A stretch of 64,000 nt of DNA. It comes from a virus. Numbering within the stretch: position 1 is the first letter of the stretch; every line of letters begins with the position of its first letter. Positions 50,303-59,326 of the stretch are shown piece by piece. The stretch spans positions 96,001 through 160,000 of the IMG/VR virus record IMGVR_UViG_3300035698_016797; one strand, given 5' to 3'. A model generated the notes under the pieces. That model saw only the letters and a list, made by a program, of their open reading frames with translations. It was not told the DNA's origin and made no database searches. The translations under genes and the position numbers were made by a program.

Positions 50303-51208
50303 TTAAGCTTCCTCCATTTCATACTTCATACATGCGATTGATAGTGTAACTTCACGATGTTCATCTTGGATATCGTCATTTGGTTCTGCCTCAAAAAGAA
50401 CGTGAAGCTCATGATGTCGTTTCTCAAGTGTAGATAACTCTTTTTCCATACTGGCTGTGAGAAATACGGATGTTTTATTAGCTGGTTTTGCAGTTGCTGC
50501 AACCCCACCAAACAAAAGACCACGCAATACGCGTGATACTCTTCTTCCTGCAACAACCTTTGAATGGTGCCAATCATCCATCAGATATGCCGTAGCTTCT
50601 GTTTTTTTAACAATCTCATCTCCAACTAAAAAGTCAAAGCCAGTAAACCACGTTTCCATGCTCACAAACATTTCTCCCTTTTCAGCTGACTCCTCAATGT
50701 CGGCAACTGTTTTGGGGAAGCACATCTTGTAAAGAACGGCAGATGCAACGATGTCTATTTTTTGATCTACAGGTCTTAAAGGATCGTCATTGTGATCCAA
50801 ATCTGCAATCGCTTGTTCGTTCAAAATCTTCCCATCACACACAACTGCTGTCTCAACCATATGTCCTATGATTGTATTTTCATTGTGATTAAGGATTGGC
50901 TCTTCAATGTAGCTGGCGTTTTCTTCAAGCTGATGTTCTACATTAAAAGGTTTGTGTCTGGGTGTTTGCCAAGCTCTGGCCATTTCACTTCGTGCAAAAT
51001 AGTCAGCATTACCGTTCTCATGCTCAGACACAAGCAGGAACTTTACATATGTCAAATCAGCCATACATAAGTCACTTGGTGGCTCAAGAGCTGCTACAGC
51101 CTTCATGATTCCAGGTTCAACCCCCGTGGGTTTGTCTGGAAGAATCATTCTGGCCTTTACCAGTGTACGTTGATATTTGTCGAAAGGTGAATTTGATTTT
51201 TCTGCCAT
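50303..51208 (-). CDS. Prohead maturation protease (HK97/herpes-like fold)
   Basis: 301 aa. KPFNVEH (His), FVSME (Ser), LLFGGVAATAKPAN; positioned after the portal. Confidence 0.75.
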   Translation of the reverse strand: MAEKSNSPFDKYQRTLVKARMILPDKPTGVEPGIMKAVAALEPPSDLCMADLTYVKFLLVSEHENGNADYFARSEMARAWQTPRHKPFNVEHQLEENASYIEEPILNHNENTIIGHMVETAVVCDGKILNEQAIADLDHNDDPLRPVDQKIDIVASAVLYKMCFPKTVADIEESAEKGEMFVSMETWFTGFDFLVGDEIVKKTEATAYLMDDWHHSKVVAGRRVSRVLRGLLFGGVAATAKPANKTSVFLTASMEKELSTLEKRHHELHVLFEAEPNDDIQDEHREVTLSIACMKYEMEEA

Positions 51209-51237
51209 ATCCGCAACTCCGAGGGTTAACGTGATAA

Positions 51238-51283
51238 CTCAATATCACTAATATTACACTAATGCATCGTAGGATAACACAAA
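51238..51283 (-). promoter_or_regulatory. Putative late promoter upstream of the protease-scaffold-capsid block; overlaps a GTGATA-N6-TATCAC palindrome (51231..51248)
   Basis: Shares an ungapped motif with 43927..43972; AT-rich intergenic region. Confidence 0.4.
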
Positions 51284-51298
51284 ATTGTAGAAAAAAAA

Positions 51299-51571
51299 TT
51301 ACATTTGTTCGAACTGTGAAGGTTCTATAACTTCATTTTCATCAACTTCAATATGACTTGCAGCCAAAGTAGCTAGACAAGGATCGTAAGTATAGGTTGT
51401 ATAAATCCTAACACCCTGATCCTTCTTTTTTGCCTCCGTGCTGTAAGAAAATTCTACATGATCATTCCATTGAGATAGAAATAAAGCAGCACTTTTTGGC
51501 TTAACATCTTTGCCGTTTACAGTAAAGCTTGTGCCTTCTTTTGTTCCGTCAGATTTGATAACGATATCCAT
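51299..51571 (-). CDS. Hypothetical protein
   Basis: 90-aa ORF with GGAG SD, between the portal and the protease. Confidence 0.65.
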   Translation of the reverse strand: MDIVIKSDGTKEGTSFTVNGKDVKPKSAALFLSQWNDHVEFSYSTEAKKKDQGVRIYTTYTYDPCLATLAASHIEVDENEVIEPSQFEQM

Positions 51572-51573
51572 TT

Positions 51574-53682
51574 TTAATCTCCCTGATTTTCTTCTAATTC
51601 TGCTGCGATTTCACAGCCTAGGACAGTAGGAACTACCTCGTTGAGTTCTTGATCTTCCTGTCTAATTGTTGATGCTTTTGCAACTACGTAATAAAGGAAT
51701 TCTTCTGGGTCATCATCTATATGATACTTTTCCAAAAGAGATTTTGAAACACTAAGCCAACACTTAGAATATGTCTCATCCTTTTTTCTCTTGGTCATTC
51801 TTTTACCTTCACTTCTCGCCACACCTTCTGCTTGTGCAAATGCAGCTTCAAACATTTCTGATGCCACACCTTTTATCTCTTCGTATTTAGGCAAGTTAGC
51901 AACTAGCTTCAATCCGTTTGGAGATCTAGGTTTACCCTGCCTCTTTGGCCTGCCAGGCTCCTTTTTACCAGGAGGTCTACCGGGAGTACCACTTTTAGGA
52001 GTCGAGCTTTCTCTGTCTTCCTTCTTCTCTGCAACCTGAGGAATCAAAATTTTGAACTTATCCCTAAGACTCTGTTCTGATTTAAGTCTCTTGACTTCTC
52101 GTGGGAATTGGTATCCAATTGTTTCCATTGCAGTCTCGTAAGAAATGATTTGCTTTTCAACCAATTGTGCAACAACTCTCATAAACTCATTTTCGTCTTT
52201 CATATTGAGTCTTGCAAATGAACCTTCTGGCATTTCTTCAATATCTAAAGCTTTGCAGATCTGCTTAACTTCTTTATTAAACCATTCTATGAACGAATCT
52301 TGTGCGTCACACAGGATCTCAACCAAACCTTTTAAGTTCAAAACATTGTTACCAATACTTTCTCCACTGCTACCTGTAAGAATCTTGGCGATACCAAAAC
52401 ATGTTCTAATGTCCTCATTTACAGGTTCGAACTTATCGTTGTTGAGGGATTCAAGTTCTGGCTCAACAAATTCCATCTGTAGTGTGTGGTTCCAAAAAAT
52501 GGTAAGTGTTCTACTGGGCTTGTTGAATTCTGCTGCAAGTTTAGCTATTTCGGTAGGGTCAAAAACTGGAAACTCATCATTACCAACGGTAACCTTAAGA
52601 ATCCTATTACGAACACTTCTTACGGTTGCTCTGTCCATTTGAATAAGTTCGTATTTGTAATCAAGAGCCTCAAAACCGTGTGCCGTAATTGGATCTGCCC
52701 ACTTTTCATAAGGCTGTTTACTTCTGGTGCACATTGACGCCAACTCTTCCGGTAGAAGGATTTCGGTTTTACCATCAAGTATCTGAGAGAGTATCTCTCT
52801 TGGAATTGCGTCTATCAATGGTTTTGTTTCTGCATTTGGTCTTTCTACTAAATTCTTGAAGTCGTCTTGAACCTGAAGATACATCTGTCTTCCCCACGGA
52901 AAGGTTGATGGCCCCTTGATGGTTATGCTCAGAGGATTAAGTACGGTATATGCCCCAGGAATTGAACGCTTACTCCATCTGTACTTGCGTTCTGCATAAA
53001 CCTTTTCCACCTCTTTCACGGTTTTCTTATCTATGTCTCCGGCGGCAAACTTTTTCCTTGCCCCATGTAGAAATCTCCACGCTTCCATATATTCGTTCCG
53101 AGCCTTAATGCTTTCAGATGCAAGTCTTCCAGATTTTACACTGCCGGTTGTTTGTCCAAGTTTTCCATGAAGTTTAGGTCTGTACGGTACAAGGGTTTTG
53201 AAAATTGGAACATTACCAGATCTGAAGTATTCTAAAAAATACCATCTTTGAAACTCTGTTCCTGCAACATCTTTCCACCAAGCCTTAAAGAAATCCTCAA
53301 CCTTCTTGTTCTCTGCGTTGATTCTAAACGTATCGTTTGAAAGAGCTGACAAAAGATCTACAGACTTGCTTACCACTGGATCTTTGTTGTAGTACTTCAT
53401 AGCCTTCTGTATTCGACTCTTTGGGTCTGTAGCATACGATGGGTCTCCCCAGTCTGATTCATTTTCCCACACAGGTGAAACGAAATCATTTCTACGAACG
53501 ATTGCTCCTGTAGCAAGGTTTGGATAAAACGTTTCACTACCATCCTTATTGTGCTTGGAATAGAATTCCCCGCCTTCTGTTGGTTCTACGGGAGCATCTG
53601 ACGTGCCAGCTTGAGCCAAAATCATTTGCTCAGCTTCTTCCTTATTACCTGCTGCCATTTCTTTTGGTGTGCCAGTTTCCAT
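51574..53682 (-). CDS. Portal protein
   Basis: About 702 aa directly after TerL. YYNKDPVVSKSVDL, MDRATVR...RILKVTVG and a GRPPG C-terminal linker; AAGGAG SD 7 nt before the ATG at 53682. Confidence 0.85.
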   Translation of the reverse strand: METGTPKEMAAGNKEEAEQMILAQAGTSDAPVEPTEGGEFYSKHNKDGSETFYPNLATGAIVRRNDFVSPVWENESDWGDPSYATDPKSRIQKAMKYYNKDPVVSKSVDLLSALSNDTFRINAENKKVEDFFKAWWKDVAGTEFQRWYFLEYFRSGNVPIFKTLVPYRPKLHGKLGQTTGSVKSGRLASESIKARNEYMEAWRFLHGARKKFAAGDIDKKTVKEVEKVYAERKYRWSKRSIPGAYTVLNPLSITIKGPSTFPWGRQMYLQVQDDFKNLVERPNAETKPLIDAIPREILSQILDGKTEILLPEELASMCTRSKQPYEKWADPITAHGFEALDYKYELIQMDRATVRSVRNRILKVTVGNDEFPVFDPTEIAKLAAEFNKPSRTLTIFWNHTLQMEFVEPELESLNNDKFEPVNEDIRTCFGIAKILTGSSGESIGNNVLNLKGLVEILCDAQDSFIEWFNKEVKQICKALDIEEMPEGSFARLNMKDENEFMRVVAQLVEKQIISYETAMETIGYQFPREVKRLKSEQSLRDKFKILIPQVAEKKEDRESSTPKSGTPGRPPGKKEPGRPKRQGKPRSPNGLKLVANLPKYEEIKGVASEMFEAAFAQAEGVARSEGKRMTKRKKDETYSKCWLSVSKSLLEKYHIDDDPEEFLYYVVAKASTIRQEDQELNEVVPTVLGCEIAAELEENQGD

Positions 53683-53694
53683 TGACAATCTCCT

Positions 53695-55419
53695 TTAGCT
53701 CCAAAAACCAGACGCTAATTGTGTCGGTTTTTCTGTTGCACGAATGTAATCTCTGCCCATTGCGTGTGCGATAAGGGCTGCACTGTATCTGTCTTTTCTT
53801 TGATGTTTCATTGGAGTGTCCCAGTGCATTCTTCCGTGCCCAGTAACGGACACCACGATATTTTGAACTTCTTCAAGTGTTTTAAGTACTTGTTCATCTG
53901 CGTCTTCTTTTGCCGGAGTACATGTTTCGCCGTCACAAGGTGGTGTAGATGCTATTTTAAATGTTCCGTGTTGTAATCCAGAAAGCATGTCGTGATTAGC
54001 ATCGTGCAACCATTCGTATTTACTAAACTCTATCAGTTCTAGTATTCTACTCCCTTTCATGCCAACATGTTCATCAAAACCTCTTTGTAAAATTAATTGT
54101 TGTCCTTGTGGGCACAAATCTTTGTTTGCCAAAAGGTCTCTAATTGTTGTTCCACCACCACCACTATCCATTCCTATCTCTGCTATGTTGTATATTTCCA
54201 TAAGCTTTCTGATTTCACTATGCATCAGTGGAAAGCTTTTCTTGTGATATGTCAACATTCTTACTAGCTGGACCTCTTTCGCACTTAAGTCAACTTTAAC
54301 AATTGCTATTGCAAAATTGTCTCCACTACGAGCAGGGTCTACTCCTGCTATGTATATTGTATCTTCCTCCGCTTTCAAATGACACGAAAAGTTGCGATGT
54401 TCCCTCGCTTTGTCTAGTAAAGATCTTGGATAAAAACCCTCAGAATCAGGAGGAAAGAAACAGCAGTATTCCATTTTGAACATATAGTCAGACATCTCTC
54501 TTCGGGCCTCATCAATACTGCTTTGATTCATAAAGCCTTCTGGAGGGTCTTCATAGTTAAACAAAACAAGTGCGCGTTCGTTATCCATCATTATTCTATG
54601 TGGGACTTGTCCATGATTTGGACTTGGACCACGACACTCAACCGCAACATCTTCTGGTATTGGTTTTCCAGCATCCTTTAGGAGTTGACACTTCTTTTTC
54701 TTTTCAAGAAGTATCTCTATAAATTTCGCAACACGTTCCCATAGATGATTATATTGAAAGTATGAGGTTGATGCAAAAACAATCTTGTTTTGTGCAGCCT
54801 GTTGAATGCTATCAATTTCTCCAGCTTCCAACAACTTCCTTTGCTCCTGAAGACGTCTTACATTCTCCATTGGATCTTTTGTAGTAGCCATCATACCGCG
54901 AATAACAATATCAAGAATGTCTCTTGGAATCTGAGCAACCTCATCGCAAATGATAGTAAAGAAACGTGCTCCACGAATTTTTCCACCATCTCCAAGAGGA
55001 AGGGCTTCGATTGAAGATCCCATTCTGTTCTCAGATCCGCTCAATCTAAGATAGCAACTCTCTGGACCACGAACAGGAGGCTTAATGCACGCCTCTCTAA
55101 AGTCTGGTGAGATTTCATATATCTTTTCAACCTCTGCAAATACAAACTTACTCTGCCTGTATGTCGGTGCCAAAATACCTACTTTCTCTCCGGGAAAAAG
55201 CAGTGCTCTTAGAACTGCAAATAGTGCAAGCATGAACGTTTTTCCACCACCACGAGTTAGGCAGATTATGGAATAGTTTGATTCCCACATCGCCTTCATT
55301 GTTAATCTTTGATGTGGTGCAAGATCAATGCCTAAAATATCGCTAGAAGCAATGCACGGATTTTCTCTGTAATACTGAATAAGCTCTAGTTTGTTTCTTG
55401 CTGTTTCTTTTTCTGCCAT
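53695..55419 (-). CDS. terL: Terminase large subunit
   Basis: Walker A RGGGKT, Walker B IICDEVA, coupling motif ASTS, nuclease motifs GVDPARSGD, MDSGGGG and KDRYSA; no intein. Confidence 0.95.
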   Translation of the reverse strand: MAEKETARNKLELIQYYRENPCIASSDILGIDLAPHQRLTMKAMWESNYSIICLTRGGGKTFMLALFAVLRALLFPGEKVGILAPTYRQSKFVFAEVEKIYEISPDFREACIKPPVRGPESCYLRLSGSENRMGSSIEALPLGDGGKIRGARFFTIICDEVAQIPRDILDIVIRGMMATTKDPMENVRRLQEQRKLLEAGEIDSIQQAAQNKIVFASTSYFQYNHLWERVAKFIEILLEKKKKCQLLKDAGKPIPEDVAVECRGPSPNHGQVPHRIMMDNERALVLFNYEDPPEGFMNQSSIDEARREMSDYMFKMEYCCFFPPDSEGFYPRSLLDKAREHRNFSCHLKAEEDTIYIAGVDPARSGDNFAIAIVKVDLSAKEVQLVRMLTYHKKSFPLMHSEIRKLMEIYNIAEIGMDSGGGGTTIRDLLANKDLCPQGQQLILQRGFDEHVGMKGSRILELIEFSKYEWLHDANHDMLSGLQHGTFKIASTPPCDGETCTPAKEDADEQVLKTLEEVQNIVVSVTGHGRMHWDTPMKHQRKDRYSAALIAHAMGRDYIRATEKPTQLASGFWS

Positions 55420-55420
55420 A

Positions 55421-58177
55421 TTAATACCTATATACTGTTAAGTCCGATGGAACACCAGGAGGTGTGTTTACAACAAACTGACCAACCGGACTCCATCCGG
55501 CAGAATCCTGATGCCCATCATTCGCCTTTATTCTCCAATAGTACTGATTGGAACTCAACACTTGTCCACCAAGCATTGTATAGTAGTAGGTTGGAATGTC
55601 CTCAATCGTTTGTACTATTGTCGGATTTCCCTGTTCGTCAGCGGAAAAATCATACTGAGTACCTACTTCCATAGTATACTCAATTACATCTAAAGTGTCA
55701 CCATCTAATGATTGTCCCCATTCAAAGTTAATGTTTGACAAAGATCCCACCATTGGGTTTGTAATCTGAGAATTCACACCATTGACATCCATTGGCCCAG
55801 TAGCATTTACAGGTATATGATTATATCTAACTTCAAAATGAGTTGTTGGTCCAAAGTTGCCTATGGTATTTCTGGCCGCAATATGGAAGTAGTATGTTCC
55901 TGCTCCTTCATATATCTCAAGATCATATCCTGTTATAGTTTGGGTTGTTCTTTGGAAAGAGTCAGATGCTTCTGTTCCTGAATTTTGATCTAAAAATATA
56001 AAGTATCCGTCGGTTGGATAGTATCCAGGTGTTGGAGCATTCCATGTAAATTCGATATCGTTTTCCTCTTGCCACGTTGCCTCTGCTACGTTGCAGGATA
56101 CAACAACCTCTCCTGGAGCATCCTCTATGACTGTAATTTTACCGTATAGATTCTTTGCCCAATATCTCGTAACCGTAATTTTTGCAGAGAAATCGTCATT
56201 AAACTCATCTATCCATCCATAGCTTTCTGGAGTATAAACCGCCATTGTTGCCCCAAGATCTTCTATTGCAATGATATATATCATAGCACCAAGGTCTCGG
56301 TTTACTTTGTACCCTACATTAATAATACACCCAAGCTCTGAATCGCCATATGTATTCAACTCAATCTTTGCTCCAACATCTGAGTATCCAAAAACATCAA
56401 ATACATTTATGTATGCACGCAAATCTTCATATGGAGAAATAGAAATTCTTGCACCAATATCTGCCCTTGAAAAGATTGTAAGCTTTGCGCTTATTTCTAC
56501 ATCGTGTGGTTTTGAAACTGTTATTGTTCCGCCAAGTTCTGAGACTAATTCTTTGTATACATTTAGAGATGCCCACAGATCAGAGTATGGTTTTATTGTA
56601 ACCTTACCGCCAAAGTTTGATAGAGAAGGCTTTACAACGCTCATTTTTGCAGAGAAGTCTACACTGATTGGAGTAACTTCCATTTCATTCCAAGACGACC
56701 ATCCTCCATACTGTTTGGAATCCCAGGCTCTCACTCTCCATGCAAATGTGCCGGACAGTAAGTCTGAATCAATCTTATAACTTGTTGTCAGTCCAAGGTC
56801 TGCTCCAGGTATATCGTAAAAGTTCACCTCAGAAGAGTATACATTTGGACTTAGTCCAGACGGAACAACTTGTAGGTGATACAATAATACATCAAGTTGA
56901 TCTTCGTCTTCCGCATTTCCCCATGTAAATGTTGGACGACTTGTATATGCTAATCCAGATGGATTTGGTAGCGTCTCGATATAGAACGGAGTGGTAGGGT
57001 CTGACGGTAGCGTGTTTATCTTTACGTTGTATGTTGAAGTTGAGCCTATCCATCCATATGAGTTCCTGGCCGCAACATGGAAAAACATACTTCCTGCATC
57101 GTACCATGTTTTGCCAATATAGTGAAATTGAGAATATTGATCAGATTGTGAAAGTGTATAGTCCTCGGTGTCATTCCATGCAACCATATACCCGTTGCCA
57201 GTTGCCAAATATCCCCAATCAGAAGGCTCATCCCATGTGAAGATAAACTCTTCTTCTTGTTGCCATGTGCCGGATGGCACTATTGAAGTTCCAGACGGAG
57301 GTAAACAATATCCACTAGGATCTAACCATCCACTTGGCATTGGAGGATATCCACTTGGCATTGGATAGGCAATTAGATCATAAACACCACTTGGTCTATT
57401 TGCTATAGGAGAAATGGAACTGCCAAGATTGCTAACGTCTTTACCATTAACTGTGATTAAGCCAGACAGTTGCTGATGGTCTACTGTAACCGTACATTTA
57501 CCACCAAGAGATGTGTACGAAGATTTGATAACCTTGATTTTTCCACCAAGCAACTGGTCTGTGACATCAACGGTAATTTTTGCATCAAGAGGGCTTGATC
57601 CTGATATAGTAATCTTGGCACCAAGGTATTGGCCTCCAAGCGTAACTGTTATAGATGCTTCAAATTCCTTTATTCCCCTAAGGACATTTATTTGTGCACC
57701 AAGATCCTCGTTCGTTGGAATAGAAAGCTTTGCTCCGAGATTTTTAGTCTCGGTTTGCATAACGGTAATTTTTGCATCAAAATCATCTTTTGGATAGACA
57801 AAAATCTTACCTTTTATACCACGATAAACAGTACACCTTGCAAGAAGATTTTTCTTTGGCTTAATAGTAAGCTTTGCTGGCAAATTTTTGTATGGAATAA
57901 CATAAATGCTTGCCAACATATTCGTATACAGATATTCAACAATTTTTATGCGTGAATCTAAGTCTGTGTTGCTGAATATAGAAATTTTTGCTGACAGATT
58001 TGCTCCACCAGCGCCGGAGATAATAATACGAGCATCAAGACCTGACTCTGGTTTCTCGACATCAATTCGAGCACCAAGAGTAGAGTGGTAAGAAGGAAGC
58101 AGCGTGTCAATACCATCCCATGTGGTATTAGTCTGATCCCATGTTTGATTTAGTAGATCCCAAGTCTGATTAGCCAT
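55421..58177 (-). CDS. Fibre-like virion protein: about 31 short beta repeats plus FN3-like domains
   Basis: 918 aa. Repeated [LF]-G-A-K-I-T-[VI] units in two blocks; FN3-like WRVRAWD and YYWRIKAND; dense PSG cluster. Confidence 0.65.
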   Translation of the reverse strand: MANQTWDLLNQTWDQTNTTWDGIDTLLPSYHSTLGARIDVEKPESGLDARIIISGAGGANLSAKISIFSNTDLDSRIKIVEYLYTNMLASIYVIPYKNLPAKLTIKPKKNLLARCTVYRGIKGKIFVYPKDDFDAKITVMQTETKNLGAKLSIPTNEDLGAQINVLRGIKEFEASITVTLGGQYLGAKITISGSSPLDAKITVDVTDQLLGGKIKVIKSSYTSLGGKCTVTVDHQQLSGLITVNGKDVSNLGSSISPIANRPSGVYDLIAYPMPSGYPPMPSGWLDPSGYCLPPSGTSIVPSGTWQQEEEFIFTWDEPSDWGYLATGNGYMVAWNDTEDYTLSQSDQYSQFHYIGKTWYDAGSMFFHVAARNSYGWIGSTSTYNVKINTLPSDPTTPFYIETLPNPSGLAYTSRPTFTWGNAEDEDQLDVLLYHLQVVPSGLSPNVYSSEVNFYDIPGADLGLTTSYKIDSDLLSGTFAWRVRAWDSKQYGGWSSWNEMEVTPISVDFSAKMSVVKPSLSNFGGKVTIKPYSDLWASLNVYKELVSELGGTITVSKPHDVEISAKLTIFSRADIGARISISPYEDLRAYINVFDVFGYSDVGAKIELNTYGDSELGCIINVGYKVNRDLGAMIYIIAIEDLGATMAVYTPESYGWIDEFNDDFSAKITVTRYWAKNLYGKITVIEDAPGEVVVSCNVAEATWQEENDIEFTWNAPTPGYYPTDGYFIFLDQNSGTEASDSFQRTTQTITGYDLEIYEGAGTYYFHIAARNTIGNFGPTTHFEVRYNHIPVNATGPMDVNGVNSQITNPMVGSLSNINFEWGQSLDGDTLDVIEYTMEVGTQYDFSADEQGNPTIVQTIEDIPTYYYTMLGGQVLSSNQYYWRIKANDGHQDSAGWSPVGQFVVNTPPGVPSDLTVYRY
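57328..57365. repeat. 17-bp direct repeat with a 21-bp period, encoding PMPSG twice
   Basis: ATCCACTTGGCATTGGA at 57328-57344 and 57349-57365. Confidence 0.9.
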
Positions 58178-58187
58178 TTTGCCACAT

Positions 58188-58219
58188 CCATTGTATTGGC
58201 TCCTTTACCATTGTATTGG
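58188..58219. repeat. 12-bp intergenic direct repeat flanking an SD sequence
   Basis: CCATTGTATTGG at 58188-58199 and 58208-58219 (20-bp period). Confidence 0.85.
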
Positions 58220-58225
58220 TTGAGG

Positions 58226-59326
58226 CTATGATCTTTTTGATTCTGCAATCGTGTTAAGCTTCTGTTCTATTTTAGTATGTTCTGCTAGTGATATATCAAA
58301 AGTTTCTGCAACTTTTTCAACATCTTTCATTCTTTGAATGGTATGTTTTGCAAATTCTTCTGTATATCCTTCCCCAAAAATGTTATACTCTCCCACTCCA
58401 TTAATTTCCATGTTTGAACCGAAAACTGGAGAAAAATGCACACTTGAAATGTTAACCTCTTTTGCAAAGTGCAACACTTTTTCAAGATGTGGTAATGTTT
58501 TTTTTGTAACCACACAGATAAGTGTTCTTATTTTGTGATGTGGATGTGCGTTTGCTATTTGTCTAATATTTTCCACAACATTATCAACCTTTACTCCACG
58601 GTTGAATAGATATGATTCTGGGTCAACTGAATCTATTGATATGTCAACCATAGAAATTGGACCCTCGTGAACCCACTTGTTATATCTCTCCAACGTTAAT
58701 CTTTGTCCGTTAGTAGTAAGACAAAAGGGCTTGCTAGATTCAGAATTTTTGAGTGGCAAAAGCAGCTTTGATAACTCTTCGTCTGTCAGTACCAGACATT
58801 CTCCGCCAACTATTCTAAATGCCGAAGCGTCCTTGGCCCATTTTCCAATGTGAGAATATGCCTCACTAGAATTTGGAGGGTGCATTATCCTATCCTTAGT
58901 ACTGAATTGAATACAAAACGTACATTTTGCATCACAAACGAGAGTGATTATAACTTGAGCGTTCAACGGAGTGCATTCAACGACAACTTCGTTGTTGTCA
59001 ACAAGGTTCAAAAAATATTCCAATTGTTCATCGGGAATACACTTTTTCATTGGACCAAGCCTCTCTTCTGGGGTTTCTGACTTGAGAAGTTCTGGACACG
59101 AAGTGCCTTTGCAACATTTGTACATTCCGTCTTTAAGCATATCTCCTCTCATCTCTTTGAAAAAATCTCCATTCCACCATTCAAAATCTCCAACATACGG
59201 TCCCTTCCAATCTTCATACAGGGCACCGCAGCGTCCCATTTGACAGCAACATGTAGCTCCGTTGTAGCTTGCAATTGCAGAAATCCAAGGCTTCATACAA
59301 ATATCTTTTCTATCTCTATTTTTCAT
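58226..59326 (-). CDS. Radical SAM protein with an N-terminal SPASM/twitch-like domain
   Basis: CDAKCTFC (CX3CX2C); N-terminal CMKPW...CCC...WWNG...MR...CCKGTSC. The ATG at 59326 overlaps the GT stop (TAATG). Confidence 0.85.
   Translation of the reverse strand: MKNRDRKDICMKPWISAIASYNGATCCCQMGRCGALYEDWKGPYVGDFEWWNGDFFKEMRGDMLKDGMYKCCKGTSCPELLKSETPEERLGPMKKCIPDEQLEYFLNLVDNNEVVVECTPLNAQVIITLVCDAKCTFCIQFSTKDRIMHPPNSSEAYSHIGKWAKDASAFRIVGGECLVLTDEELSKLLLPLKNSESSKPFCLTTNGQRLTLERYNKWVHEGPISMVDISIDSVDPESYLFNRGVKVDNVVENIRQIANAHPHHKIRTLICVVTKKTLPHLEKVLHFAKEVNISSVHFSPVFGSNMEINGVGEYNIFGEGYTEEFAKHTIQRMKDVEKVAETFDISLAEHTKIEQKLNTIAESKRS

Noticed and set aside
53695-55419. Intein or intron in TerL, or in the portal or MCP
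   Set aside because: Protein lengths are ordinary, with no C/S...HN splice motifs or LAGLIDADG/HNH inserts. Only short helical insertions are present.
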